Source of the DNA: the human T2T-CHM13v2.0 reference genome, Homo sapiens
Length of the DNA stretch: 64,000 nt
Assembly (NCBI RefSeq): GCF_009914755.1
Contig: NC_060936.1
Direction: 5' to 3' (one strand)
Made by a program: the position numbers and the translations under genes. Shown piece by piece: positions 13,168 through 26,061 of this stretch. Under the pieces are notes generated by a model that saw only the letters and a program-made list of their open reading frames with translations, did no database searches and was not told the DNA's origin. Positions within the stretch are counted from its first letter, which is position 1, and every line of letters starts with the position of its first letter.

Positions 13168-16100
13168 TTTTCTTTCTTTAATGGTTGCCAAGACTTGCCA
13201 ATGAAGCTAACTAAGCCTGGCACACTTTTTTAGAAAGATTTCTATTACTAATAATTAAATGTTAAAATGATCATAATCTTTGAGTTTTCTATTTATTTGT
13301 AAATCAATATTGGTGAGTTATATTCTCCAATAATTTTTCTATTTCAACTAATTTTTTTAATTCATCAACATAAAATTTTATAATGATTTCTTACCTCTTT
13401 ATTTCATGTAGCACTTCTAGTGATATCCCCATTTTTCTTCCTTAAACCATTTGTACCTTATATTATTTTGTGTTGACCAGCCTTACCAGACATTTGTAAA
13501 TGTATAAGTTTAAAAAAAACTTTACGTTTCATGAATACTTTGCAATATATGTTTATCATAAATTTCTTTTATTCTTACTCTCATCTTGATCATTTCCTTC
13601 CTTTCGTACTCTTTTAATTTTATTCTCCTCCTAACTTCATGAGACAGATGTCTAGTTTATTTTTCAGTCTTTCTTTTTTAAAATATAAGCTATAAAGACC
13701 ATAAATTTCTGTCTAAGGATTGTTTTATCTGCAACCTACATATAATGATATGTAGCATTTTAGTTATTGTTCAATTCGAAATAGTTTCTAAACTTCTATT
13801 ATGATTTCATCTTTAACACGAGTTATTTATCCAAAACATATGAGATTTGCTAGTTGTCCTTTTGCTTTTTACTTATAGCTAAATTGCACTTCGATCAGGA
13901 AGAACAAGGTCTTCCTGGCCTTAATTTCAGTCCCTTTGAAATTCACTGAGATGTAATTTAAGTTTTGATAAATGGTCAGTTTCCTAAATGTTCCATATAT
14001 GTTTGAAATAAAAGTAATATTTGGTAGCTTTTTACTAGAGTGTTCTGTATTTACCTTTTCATGTCAAGTTTGTTAATCATATTAATCGAATCTCCTATAT
14101 CCATATCAGTAACTGAGAGAAGTATTTTTAAAACCTCCTATCATAATCATGAATATTTTTATTTCTCATTATACAACTGTTAACTTTGATATTATATACT
14201 TTGAGATTTGCTACTAGGTTCATATAATCTAAGATGTTTACATTATAATCTAAAATATTTAATCAATTCAAGTGACCAATCTGTCTGAAGTCTATTTTAT
14301 CTGATGTTAATATAGGTATATTAGTGTTATTTTGACTAATATTTGCATGGCATCTGTTTTTCCAACTTTGTATAGTCACTCAGTACCATTATGTTTTAGA
14401 TATGTCACTTATAAACAGAATATTATTTTTAATACAATATGAAAATGATTTTGTAATTTCAGCATTTTTAGTTAGTGTAATTATTGGGCTTAAATTTATC
14501 ACCTTATTTTGTGTTTTCTATTTGTTCCACACCTCCTCTGTTTCTTCTTCTTTCTCTCTTTCTTTCCTTTCTTTACAATGACTGAATATTTTATCATTTT
14601 TTATTTCCAATCTGCTAATTGTAAATTCTACACTTGGTTTCTGGTGTCTTAGTGATTGTCCTAGAAATTAAAATATGTCTACTTAATTTATCAAAGTTTA
14701 GAGTTAATTCATATCATTACCCTTCTTTCAGAAAATACAAGCATCTTAGGACACTTTAACCCCATTAACCTTCCTGCCTAATTTATACGTACACTTTTGT
14801 TGTCATTATTTTTCTTACTTTTAATTGCATCACTATTAGTCATCTTTATCTTTTTGCAAATGGCTAATAATCATTTAGCTTCCCATTTTCTACTCCACTT
14901 GCTCTTCACTCCATCTTGCATCTCAGACATTTCATCTTGGGCTTATGTTCATTAGAATATCGTTTACTGAAGGTTTGCTGGTGTTCAAAATTCTAGTTTT
15001 TATTTTTCCAAATCTTTAAAACTTTTATTTCATTCTAAAAGACATTTTCACTGGTGTAAAATTCTAAGGTGTCAGTTATTTTCTTTTGACACATAAATTT
15101 TCTACAATGTCCTGGCTTTTGTTGTTCTTGAGAAGTCAGGAGTTCATCTGCCTATCATTTCTCAAAAATAATCTTCCATTATTCTATAACTTCTTTTAAG
15201 ATATTCTCTACTTAGCTGATTTTCTGCTATAATATTATGATATAATTTTGAGGCAGAAACCATTTTGAGATATAAATGTTACATACATTTATTTATGTTT
15301 CTTAGTGCTTATTGGGCCTTTTGAATCTGTAGATTTGACTTTTTCTTCTTGTAGATCTGTTCATTTATAACTATAGGTAGATAAACAGAGATATTTTGAG
15401 GCCATGTTTTTAAGTATGTACAAATTCAAAATTGTTACATAGTTCTGGTAGAATAAACTTTTTCTCATGAGGATGTGATCATGGAAAATTCTACAGCATT
15501 ATTTCTTCGGATATATTTTTTCTGCCTATTTTCTCTCACCACTCTGATTATATGCATGGAAGACAGTGGGGAAGGTCTCTCCCTGCTGCCTTCTGGAAAA
15601 TTCTTCAGACTCCTCATCCAGTTCACTAATTCTCTCTTTAGCTCTATACAAATCAGCTGCTAGATCAATCAGATGAGCTTTTATTACACTTTCAGTTATT
15701 TTCTGTTCCTAGAAGTTTTAGTTGGCTCTTTTACAAATCTTCAAAAATACTTTTTGCGCTTTCCTGGTTCCTGGAGATATTTTTAAGCTTCCCTTTTATT
15801 TATTTAAATGTGGTAAGTATAGTTGTTTCATACTATATGCCAATAATTCCAAAGTCTGGAGAATGTGCTGATCTGTTTCTGCACTCTGTTGTTTCCTCTG
15901 GTTTTCTTTGACTATACTATTCACTACCCTTGAAAATGAAGGAGTGGGGAGGTGGTTCCCGGCAGTCTAGGACGTCTTCCTTAAAGAAGTTTTGCATTTG
16001 CTTCTGCCAGGTGCTTAAAAGAACTACAGACCGAGAACCATCTCAAACTAAATTCACTGCTGGAGGGTTCTTCACCATTCATTTATGCAAATATAGCTTA

Positions 16101-17439
16101 CAAGTATTCTGACGAGCTGAGAGCCAGAAACTTCTCAGGGATAGGGTCTTGTTTTTTGTTGTTGTTTTCTTCACTTTCCCATCCCCAGCCCCGTTCTGCT
16201 CAGCCTCAAGGACGCTCTCCATAAAATTGCCTGTGCATATAATCACAGGTTATTTCTGGTTCTGAGAGTCCAGCTTAATATGGGAGGGTTTCCCTAGGCT
16301 CCCCGCTTGGGTTGAGTCCCAAGATTTGGTTCTGCCCTCTTCTGCCAGGCCATGAAAAGTGCAGCTTAATTATCAGCAAATACCGTTGGGTAAACAGAGC
16401 TCCCAATACTTTTCTTGGATTTCAGCATCATGATGCCTTATCTTCTTATAGCAATTTGATGGTTTCAGACATCCTTTTATTGACATTTTAATTTGTTTTT
16501 AGCAGAGGGTTGGGCTAAATAGCCACACAGCCATATTCTCAGAAATGAATGGTCTTTTTTATGCCTCTGTCACTTAACATACTCCATCTTGTACCTGGCC
16601 CCCTAACTACAAGTAAACCCATAAATCCACAGGTAGTCAGGACCTAACCTCTTGTCCTCCTATGTCAAAGCTTAAAGTACACTGAGCACTAAAGGGCAAT
16701 TCTTGTACCACTTTTCCATCTCCTCTCATATCCTTATTTTACAGTTTTGCTGTATTCAATCAATTGCAAGAACAACTTTTTGAGTTTCAATAACAATAGG
16801 GTTGTAGAGAGACAATGTCTCACTTGATCTAGAGATAAATGGTTATACCCTAGAAAATGTGTGGTTTTCACACATTTCATGTAGGTAGTGTATGTCTCCT
16901 TATGAATATGTTTGTGTGTGTAAGAAAGAGAGAAAAAGAGAATGTAAGTGTTTAAGATTTAATCAGACAAAATCAATTCCATTTTGTTATACACAGCACT
17001 TCATGTCTTACATTAATGAACATGATGACAATGATTTCCTTAACTGGACAACAAGAACAAACTGCTCTAGCAATGTCATTGTCAAAATGTGTATAAAATC
17101 CAAGAAGCCAGGCCATTAATGAATAGGATTAATTTGTATCATATTAATTTGAAATTTTAGTATTTAATATAATGTAATTTATAAAAATTCACATTTTCTA
17201 TGTATAATTCAGACACTATGTGCATGACTCTTACTGAGAATAATGTTTGCAACAGATTTATCTCTATGAAGATACAGCATACTAGGTTACTTAGCCATTA
17301 GTTAAAACTATGCAGATTACTTAATATCTTCTGGTGTCAGATGTTTCACATAAATCAAATGATATGGACATGAAGCTTTGTAAGATTCCTCCCAGCCTCA
17401 CAATTTCCAAAAATTTATTTGTAGTAAAATAATTCATTC

Positions 17440-18135
<696 letters not shown>

Positions 18136-18664
18136 TATATGAACAAGAGCTCAAGACATGGCAAATTACAGATTTAATTATTTCAATGTTTCTTAAAATT
18201 CAGGATAAAATAATTCATCTTTTTCTTTAAAAGAGTGTCCATGAATGGCATTTTACTTACTACTACCCTAAGTGCCTTAATTGGAAATGCATACAGTATT
18301 TTAAAATCCTAAAACTGCATTTTTTTATTTTAAAAAGTCCTAATTCAACTTTTCAGCAGGGCAGAATGGCATCCTCACCCATCCTACACCATACCCCAGT
18401 TATTTTGAACTCATGACGCTCTGCACTGTATACTTTTTCCTAAACATCACAGGAATATCTATGCCATTCAAGTTATTCTGAAAGCTAAGCCTTCTCAGTC
18501 CTCCAACCATCTCTATCATCCAAGAAAAAACTGAGAAAATCACACATATATATTTCAATGAACTACATATTTGAAAAAAAAAACAGAAAAGAACATATAG
18601 TGCTCAGTTATAATGGGAAATCCTGGAAACTGTTGTTAAACATGTATACTATCTTGAGACAATT

Positions 18665-18915
18665 GAGACTGTTAATAGTTGCCAGCATTATCCCTGTGAG
18701 CATCATGCTAAGAGCATGGTTAGCTGATGTATGGCATCAGCTAACCATAACAATTCATGAGTTAAATACTAATATTGTCCCATATTACAGATGAGGAAAC
18801 TAAAGATTAAAAGAGTTTTTAAAAATGTACCCAAGTTGATATGGCTAGTAACTAGCAGATGATGGATTTAAATTCAGGAAGCCTGATCTCAGAGCAAAAT
18901 TCTTAACTATCACAC
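18665..18915 (-). mobile_element. MIR
   Basis: cccatattacagatgaggaaactaaag...ggatttaaattcagg. Confidence 0.8.
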
Positions 18916-18919
18916 CCGA

Positions 18920-19290
18920 AAGTTCTTCCTTATAATGAGTTGAACTCTGTCTCCCTCTACCTTGCACCTGATCTTTGAGGAGACATAGAACAATGTTAAT
19001 CTCCTTCCCTACAACATTTCAAATACATGAAGGCAACTGTCATGCCCTGCCCTGAACCTCTCTACTCAAGTTAAATAACACTACTTCCTTCAACAGGTTT
19101 TTCTACAACTCGTTTCAAGTCATCTCCCCTTGCTTGAGACATCTCACAAAACACACACCAGTATATTCAGTGATTGCATGGTATTGAAGAAAGTATATTT
19201 CAAAGTGGTCTGATAAGTGCATAACACGAAGCACACTGCTGCACTGCTCCAGAAGGGAAGAGCCACTATCATGGAATCTAGAAATGTTTG
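18920..19290 (-). mobile_element. CR1/L3 fragment
   Basis: ttcaaatacatgaaggcaactgtcatg...ctcaagttaaataacactacttccttcaac...gtggtctga, typical antisense L3 ORF2 end. Confidence 0.65.
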
Positions 19291-19745
19291 GTAAAGAGTG
19301 GAGTGACCCGAAGAAGGAGTCCTGGGATTGTGTGTCCACCATGCTCACTATAAATGGCTGCTGGCTCGTACTCTGTAACAAACGCAGGCTCCAAAAAAAT
19401 GACATGAATATACTTTCTTCTCTCCTTCTGCCTTCCACAAGCTCATCAAAGCCAATGATCCTCGGACAGCACAAAGGGCAAAATTTTGGAGCTCCAAATT
19501 CCACAGCTCAGGCAGGCCATGTTACAGAGGGCTTCATTTAAAGTTGACTTACTACTGCTTACATGTATAGAAGATCATATGCTAAGCCAGGACTGGTTGT
19601 GAGAACAACCGCAGCAAAGAAAGATGAACACTACCATTCATGAGAGCTTGTCTTTGGTAAGGACTACCTGGATTCATCCCAGGGTGTTTAAAAGTCTATT
19701 GTTTATGTTGAATGGTCAGTAATAACAGCACCTTCAGGTTAGTAC

Positions 19746-19985
19746 CTCGGGATAGGGCCGTGTGTCCTAGTGACGTAGAACCTGAATGTACGGGAGGGCA
19801 GGAAATAATGAGCATTGTTCTTAAATCCAGTGAAACTTTCTGATCAGGCTTATTAAAATCTCAGGGAAAAATATCAACTGGGTGTATCATAACAGACACA
19901 GGTACCACATGGTCTGGTGCCCAGCACTAATGCACTGTGAAAGCAGATTGCATCCAGCGGCCTGACGGCTGACACTTCACTTGTC
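19746..19985 (-). other. Candidate 240-nt exon (unverified)
   Basis: Long polypyrimidine tract ending ttttaag|GACAAG; donor GAG|gtacta; stops in all three frames. Confidence 0.15.
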
Positions 19986-20799
19986 CTTAAAATGGGACAA
20001 AGACTAGAAAGACTCGGGAAGAAAAAGGATAAGAAAGGGCCTTAAGGTGTGAAGGAATATCTAGCAGCAATAAAGGTAAATGTGACGAGGAAGTAAATAG
20101 AGAGAAAAGGGTGCTGTAAATCACAGACAAATGAGTGGTGGCTGTCCCGACTTATGCAAGTATCAGGAAAGAGAGGAGGGACCTGAATTAGAAAATATTA
20201 AGCATCATTGTAAAAGTTCTTGTTTCTAAAGACAGGTCATCAGAGATTATGGAACAACAAAGAAATACTACCTCCTACAGTTTTAGAAACAATCTCCAAT
20301 TAAGCCAACTAAAATATTTACCTAGACAAACTAAGAGCAGAAGCCACTTAGATATTTCAGGAATGGGCTTGACTATGTTCAAAAGTTCAAATAATTAAGA
20401 TTTTCTTATAAAATTTAATCTTAGCCAAATTGCTTCCAAACCTGGTTATTTCATTACTGACAAATATAATAATGTTCCTGGGGCTCAGATCTTATTACTA
20501 TTAAATACTTATTAAGTATCCCTGGTGTGCTGAATGATGCACATTACAGATGGATGAATATGTTGTGTGCGCCCTCCCTCGAAGAGCATAGAGTCTTATA
20601 AAACTGATAGGACACACACATAAACACCCCCAAATTTCTTCCAGGGGATATTTAGAGTATTTGCAAGAATCTATGTCTCTAAAATGCCTTGGTGTTAGGT
20701 TCCTGGATGAAAATGGACCCACACTTGCCTGATGAAATGGGCAAAACACATGGACAAGATTATGCTAGCAATAGGCAGCCTTCTCTTGCTTTCTCTCTG

Positions 20800-21610
20800 G
20801 TTTCAAAGAAGGTGCAGCCCCTCCTGTCCATAGCTAATCCTTTGACGCAAGTCCTCCTTCCTCTTCCTCTCTTTGCCACTGCTTTGGCTAAGGTCTTCAT
20901 CTTTTCTGGCCAGGATTATTGCAAAGGTCTCTAAATGAGCTCTGCCACCAATTCACATTGCTCTAAGCAACACTGCCGCACACCATTTCCCAAGGAAATT
21001 TTTTGTTATAAAATATAAACCTCACTGTGTCATTCCTCTGTTTAAAGATTCTTCAGTGGATTCCTGCAGCTCTGAGGATATAGTTCAAATTAATCCTTTA
21101 GCATGACTGAAAATGATCATTGTGGTTTGCATCTTTCATAGATTTTTACTTTCATCTCATGGCATCTCTCAGGAACCCATTTATACCAAACCAATTGCCC
21201 TTTACTTCAAGGTTTCCAAATCTGTCATGCTTGTTTGCATCTCCATACCCCCGCTTTCACACTGATGGGTGTCTGGAATATCCTTTCCTTCTCTCCTTGT
21301 CTAGCCATCAAACTTCAGTTTACACATCACCCTTACGTAAAAGATATTTTCCAACCCTTTCTGCATCTCCCTGGACCAGGCCCTTTCTCTTCTCCTATAG
21401 ACCCCCTAGATACCTCTACTGTCGCACCTACTACCATAGTGAGTCTTATCATCTCCTCAACTAGACATGAACTCCTTTGGAAAAAAGACTGTACCTAATT
21501 CATTTTTGTATCTCGAACATTTAGCACAGAATTTACAAGAAAAAAAAATAAAGGATAATGAGCCAAGCAGAATAAGATGATAGTTTTGAATAAGAAATGA
21601 ACGAATGATG
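20800..21610 (+). mobile_element. L2 3' portion
   Basis: ggattattgcaaaggtctctaa...cactgtgtcattcctctgtttaaag...ctagacatgaactcctt...gaaatgaacgaatga terminus. Confidence 0.75.
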
Positions 21611-21699
21611 ACATAGGTGCTTCAGCCAGAGGGGACTGTACAGAAGGATCAGATGTCAGATCTGTGCACATCAAGCCTTGCTAGAAGTCAGGGGCAAGG

Positions 21700-22960
21700 A
21701 TGTGGAGGTCTGGAGAAGTAAGCAACAAGAAGGCCTCGTCAACGAAAGCAAGTGAGCCTCAGAAGTCTGCTCTGAGCTCACCACTTGGCAAACAGGAACA
21801 ACCCCCAGCCTCTGCAGTTTGTGTCAATACTCATTATTCTTCACATACTTCTCCTTGGCTATCTGTTTACCCCAGGCAATAAATCAAAATCATGTCTTCT
21901 GTCTTTCTGGTGGGTCCCTTTTCTTCTATGGCTTTGAAGGAAAAAGATTTCTTCTCCCTCCCTTTTCCACGAATCATGATCTAGACCTCGGGGTCTCCCT
22001 CCAGCCTAGTACGTACACACGCACCCTCAAAATGACCAGGCGGCATGAAAGATTCCACAGGGGTGCTGTGGTCCAGCCCTCGCAGAAGGTGGATGACCGC
22101 AGACACATAGGGGAAGGTATTCAAATACCTGCTCACTTCGGTCTCTTTCATTCTCTGCCTTCTCTGTTTTTTTCCAACCCCTCACACTATTTCTTCTACG
22201 AAGAAAGCATTTAGCAAGAAAACGGCAGGCTTGATTGCCTCTGCCATCAGTGCAGCAAAGCTTTGCCGTACTGTGCGTGCAGTGCGGAGAGACAGAGATG
22301 AAAGCAGCCACACTCGGGGCCAGGGAATGAGTGACTAGTGCGCACAAATTAACCAAGCCCCTCAGAACTCGCCTACTGCCTCTTCCCTCAGCAACTGCAC
22401 CTTACACAGGGAGGAGCTGCTACCCTGAAAGGGCACTCTGCTGTAGACGGTTCCTTAGTGCTTCCCACCCCAGGAAGCATGGGGCGCTCATTAAGATGGA
22501 GCTGATGCCGTAGCTCTTCTGTCACAGGCTGACATTCACTCTGGGTGCAATCTAAAAACTCTGTGCAGTGAATAATAACCAACTGGGGTCTCTTGCCACT
22601 CACAGAGAATCAGCAGAGAGAGAGAAGCAAAAGAGAGGAGAAACAAGCAGATGTTAATGAAGAAGAAAGGAGAAAGTAAGTGAAACATAAAGTGAGAGGG
22701 GAAAGTGAATCACTTTCCAAAGGTTTAGCATTTAAAGGAAATGATGGGTGAACAACGCTGAAAGGAATTAATACTCCTATTGAAGTTACGTATTGAACAT
22801 GACCTACACGAAACCGCCATTAGGGTTTCAGGGAGTATGGCCGGTCTAAGAGAGCAATGGGCTCACTTGAGCCTCCTGCTCGGAGCTCCGTACTTGTGGG
22901 CACAGGGTGCGGATGTAGCCTTGCTCTGTCTGAACCTGAAGTGTCCCATGCACAAGAGTC
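21700..22960. promoter_or_regulatory. Repeat-free, CpG-retaining block; candidate internal promoter/enhancer
   Basis: Visibly more CpG than the flanks (gtgcgtgcagtgcgga, gtgcgcac, cggcag, ctcggggc); no recognisable repeat; contains a candidate first exon. Confidence 0.4.
22025..22151 (-). CDS. Candidate alternative first coding exon: MKETEVSRYLNTFPYVSAVIHLLRGLDHSTPVESFMPPGHFE (phase 1)
   Basis: ATG at 22151 with A at -3 and an in-frame TGA 11 codons upstream; 42 open codons; donor AGG|gtgcgt; no acceptor tract upstream; peptide not recognised. Confidence 0.3.
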
Positions 22961-23019
22961 AAGGCCACTGCAGTATGGAAGGAGTGTGCCCTTAATATTT
23001 GGAGGTGCTGGTTCAAACG

Positions 23020-23125
23020 ACTTTTTTTTCAGTATGACTAGACCTTTAAGAGTCTCAGTTTCCTCATCTGTAAAATGAGGATGAATGTTCTTCATGGAGT
23101 TCTTCGGGGGAGTGAATGCATGTGT
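23020..23125 (+). mobile_element. MIR core
   Basis: tctcagtttcctcatctgtaaaatgagga. Confidence 0.65.
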
Positions 23126-23524
23126 ATTTTGTAAAGTGCACTTTTGGCGCCTCCCAATGGGAAAAACCAGAGGCAGGAAGGTAAGAGGGGTCAGGATGCA
23201 CATAAAAAATCCCTGGGTCCCCCCTCCTCAAGGTCTCTGCTTAGAAAACGAAGTAGGCAGGCTCCTGGTCCTACAGGCTAGAATTGTAGTCCCATACCTC
23301 AGTGGGTTTGGTAACTCCTCATGTCACTCCTTAGTCCTCCCATCAGAAAGAAATGACTGAGCTCCCCAAGCATGCCCCCCAGCCTTCCACCTGAGTCGAG
23401 AGTAACAGTGGCAGTGGAAAGCTACTGTCCCATGTGAAAAGGATAGAAACTCAATGCCCAGAGTCCACATGGCCTGGATGGAGGATCCCACATAGATCTT
23501 TAGTACTGTTGGAGCCACGCTTAC

Positions 23525-23542
23525 CATGTTTCCTTTTCTTTC
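23525..23542 (-). other. Candidate 18-nt microexon GAAAGAAAAGGAAACATG
   Basis: cttttgttttag|exon|gtaagc; frame-preserving, no stop in any frame. Confidence 0.3.
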
Positions 23543-23923
23543 CTAAAACAAAAGTCTCATGAAAGCACAACATTCAAGTATGGTTTTAGAGGCCAGAATC
23601 TTCCATTCAACACCCCTGATGCCCTTCCTGTACTCACCCTACTCGCACACAACCAAAGACACTTGTGGAATGGCTGACAGGGAAACAGGTGACAGAAGAG
23701 AGTTTTTTTGGAGCCTCCAGAAGGCTCTAACAGTGCCCCCTTTGAGAACCAACTATGCCAAGAGGGGTTAAAACTGGTGCTGGAGGCAGGGAAGGAATCC
23801 TAAAGGGCACTGAACTGCTGGCGCTGCTGTCTGTGAGGCACTGAGTGAGTCACTTCGTCCCTCTGGGCCTCTGGTTCAACCTCTGAAAATTGAATAGTTA
23901 CAAACTGTCTGCTTGTCTGCAAT

Positions 23924-23938
23924 ATGCCACCTGCAGGT
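23924..23938 (-). promoter_or_regulatory. Candidate CTCF site
   Basis: Minus strand CCTGCAGGTGGCA, close to the core CCASYAGRKGGCR. Confidence 0.3.
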
Positions 23939-24139
23939 GAGTTTTGTCTGGGCTTCATTGAGATGTTGCTGAATTGTTGTGTTGTGTAGTGTGAATATGA
24001 AACACTAGACGAGGCACATACTCCAACTCTCCCTATTGCCCCACACTCAGGGACTTCTAGCATTTACATCATCTACCTTGCCCCAAGGCCATCTCCACTG
24101 TAAATGCTTAGTGGAGATAATGGTTTCTCAGGGACCACT

Positions 24140-24335
24140 TTCTTGCTGTGTGACCTGAGACAACTTACTTTCTCTCTCCAAACCTCAGTTTCCTCATCTA
24201 TAAAATAGACGTAACAGTAGTATCTACCTCATAGAGTAGCTGAGAGGATTAAATAAGTTAATTTATGAAAAATGCTTAGTGCAGTGTCTGGCACGTACAA
24301 CAGCACCTGCTACATCATCATTATTATTAATTATA
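24140..24335 (+). mobile_element. MIR
   Basis: gctgtgtgacctgagacaac...cctcagtttcctcatctataaaatag...gaggattaaataag...gtctggcac. Confidence 0.85.
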
Positions 24336-24599
24336 TTTTCATCTTTGATCTTAGATTCAGCAGATCCTCATTCCATTCATTAAGCTTACCATAGAAGAAA
24401 AATTTACTTCAGCATCAGCTTTTAACAACAGACTTTGAGAAAGTGGTTGAGCACGATCCAGGCTCTATGGGATGAATGAATGAACTGGGGCAACCAGGTC
24501 AATTTCTTCAAATCAATTGTCTCACCTTTTCACTACTGGTCCCCTGCCTACCTCCTCCCCACTCCTCCCCACCCCTAAAGCCAAAAAAGCACTGAACTC

Positions 24600-24686
24600 A
24601 AGAGTTAGAAGCATCAGGTTCCAGCTTGCACCCTTTTCCATGGTACTTAATGCCTCTTAGTCTCAGCTTTTTCATCTGTAAAAAGC
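24600..24686 (+). mobile_element. MIR 5' part, split by L1MA; remainder at about 25545-25630
   Basis: tctcagctttttcatctgtaaaa before the L1; gttcctggcatacgttag after it. Confidence 0.55.
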
Positions 24687-24689
24687 AGA

Positions 24690-25540
24690 CCACAACACAA
24701 GGAGATATCGTCTCACCCCAGTTAAAATGGCTTTTATCAAAAAAGTAGGGAATAACGGATGCTAGTGAGGATGTGGAGAAATGGGAACCCTCACACACTG
24801 TGGGTGAGAATGTAAATCAATACAGTCACTATGGAAAACAATATTGAGTTTCTCAGAAAAACTAGATACAGAACTACCACATGACCCAGGAATCCCACTA
24901 GTGGGTATACATCCCAAAGAAAGGAAATCAACATATCAAAGAGATGTCTGCACTCCTGTAGTCATTGTAGCATGATTCACAATAGTCAAAATCTGGAATC
25001 AACCTAAATGCCCTTCAATGGATGAACAGATAAAGGAAATGTGGTATAATGTATACAATGGAATACTATTCAATCATAAAAAATGAAGTCCTGTCATTTG
25101 CAGCAACATGGATGGAATTGGAGATCACTATGTTGAGTGAAATAAGCCAGGCACAGAAAGACAAATATTGCATGTTCTCACTCTCATATATGAGAGATAA
25201 AAGAGTAAATCTCTTGAAAATAGAGAATTATCTATTACCAGAGGCCAGGAAGGGTAGAGGAAAGAGGGGATAAAGAGAGGTTAATTAATGGGTACAAAAA
25301 AATACCTACCTAGTGCTCAGCAGTTCAGTAGGGTTTCCACAGTTAGCAATAATCTATTGTATATTTTCAAATAACTAGAAGAGAAGAATCCAAAAGTTGC
25401 CAGCATAAAGAAAAGATAAATATTAGAGGTGACGGCTATCCCACTTACTCGGATTTTATCTTTATGCATTATATGAATGTATCAAAATATCACATATACC
25501 CCCAAAATATGTACATCTATTGTGTACCCATTTTTTTAGC
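24690..25540 (+). mobile_element. L1MA-type 3' end (5'-truncated)
   Basis: ctcaccccagttaaaatggcttttatcaaaaa...tcctgtcatttgcagcaacatggatggaa...gtatcaaaatatcacatatacccc. Confidence 0.9.
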
Positions 25541-25864
25541 AGGCCATTATCTTATCTTAGAGGTTGAAATAAGGTAACAAAGCCAAAAGCAAACAACATA
25601 GTTCCTGGCATACGTTAGTCACACTGTACTTAGACACCGATTGGAGTCTAAACCACTCCATTTCCTTCCTCTTCACTAGCTATGTTTCGAACCTGCTAGT
25701 TGTACCCATGGGCATCACCCAACCCCTGGCCACAGGCAGGCCAAAACCATTTGCTGACCTCACTCTCTATTTTAAGCTGTGCCTCCTGGGTCTGCTCCTG
25801 GCCATTCAGGAAGTCAGGATCTTGCAGAAGATACAATGTTATAGGCTCCAGGCCCCTTGTAACA

Positions 25865-26061
25865 ACACTGCTCAAACAGGACTGTCTGCAGTGATGGAAA
25901 TTTATATCCACAGTGTCCATTATAGCTGCCCCATGCAGCCACTGGACACTTGAAATGTGGCTTAGCAACTGAGAAACTGAATTTTTATTTTATTTAATTT
26001 TCATTAATTTACAGGTAAATAGCCACATAAGACCAGTGGCCACTGCATTGGCTAGCACAGC
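25865..26061. mobile_element. MER3 (hAT-Charlie MITE), near full length
   Basis: gtgatggaaat...cacttgaaatgtggc...aactgaatttttattttatttaatttt...aaatagccacat...agtggccact. Confidence 0.85.

Larger units (their letters stand above)
10835..16545 (-). mobile_element. Long degraded old L1M (3' end, ORF2, ORF1/5' region), interrupted by MER3 and an Alu
   Basis: T-rich; gtggttttcatttgcattcctttg...gaggttgaacatcttttcatatgtttattggccac; agaagtcagg...; ctcatccagttcactaattctctcttt, antisense L1 motifs. Confidence 0.85.

Noticed and set aside
25049-25273. ORF MYTMEYYSIIKNEVLSFAATWMELE
   Set aside because: C-terminal remnant of L1 ORF2 in a truncated L1MA
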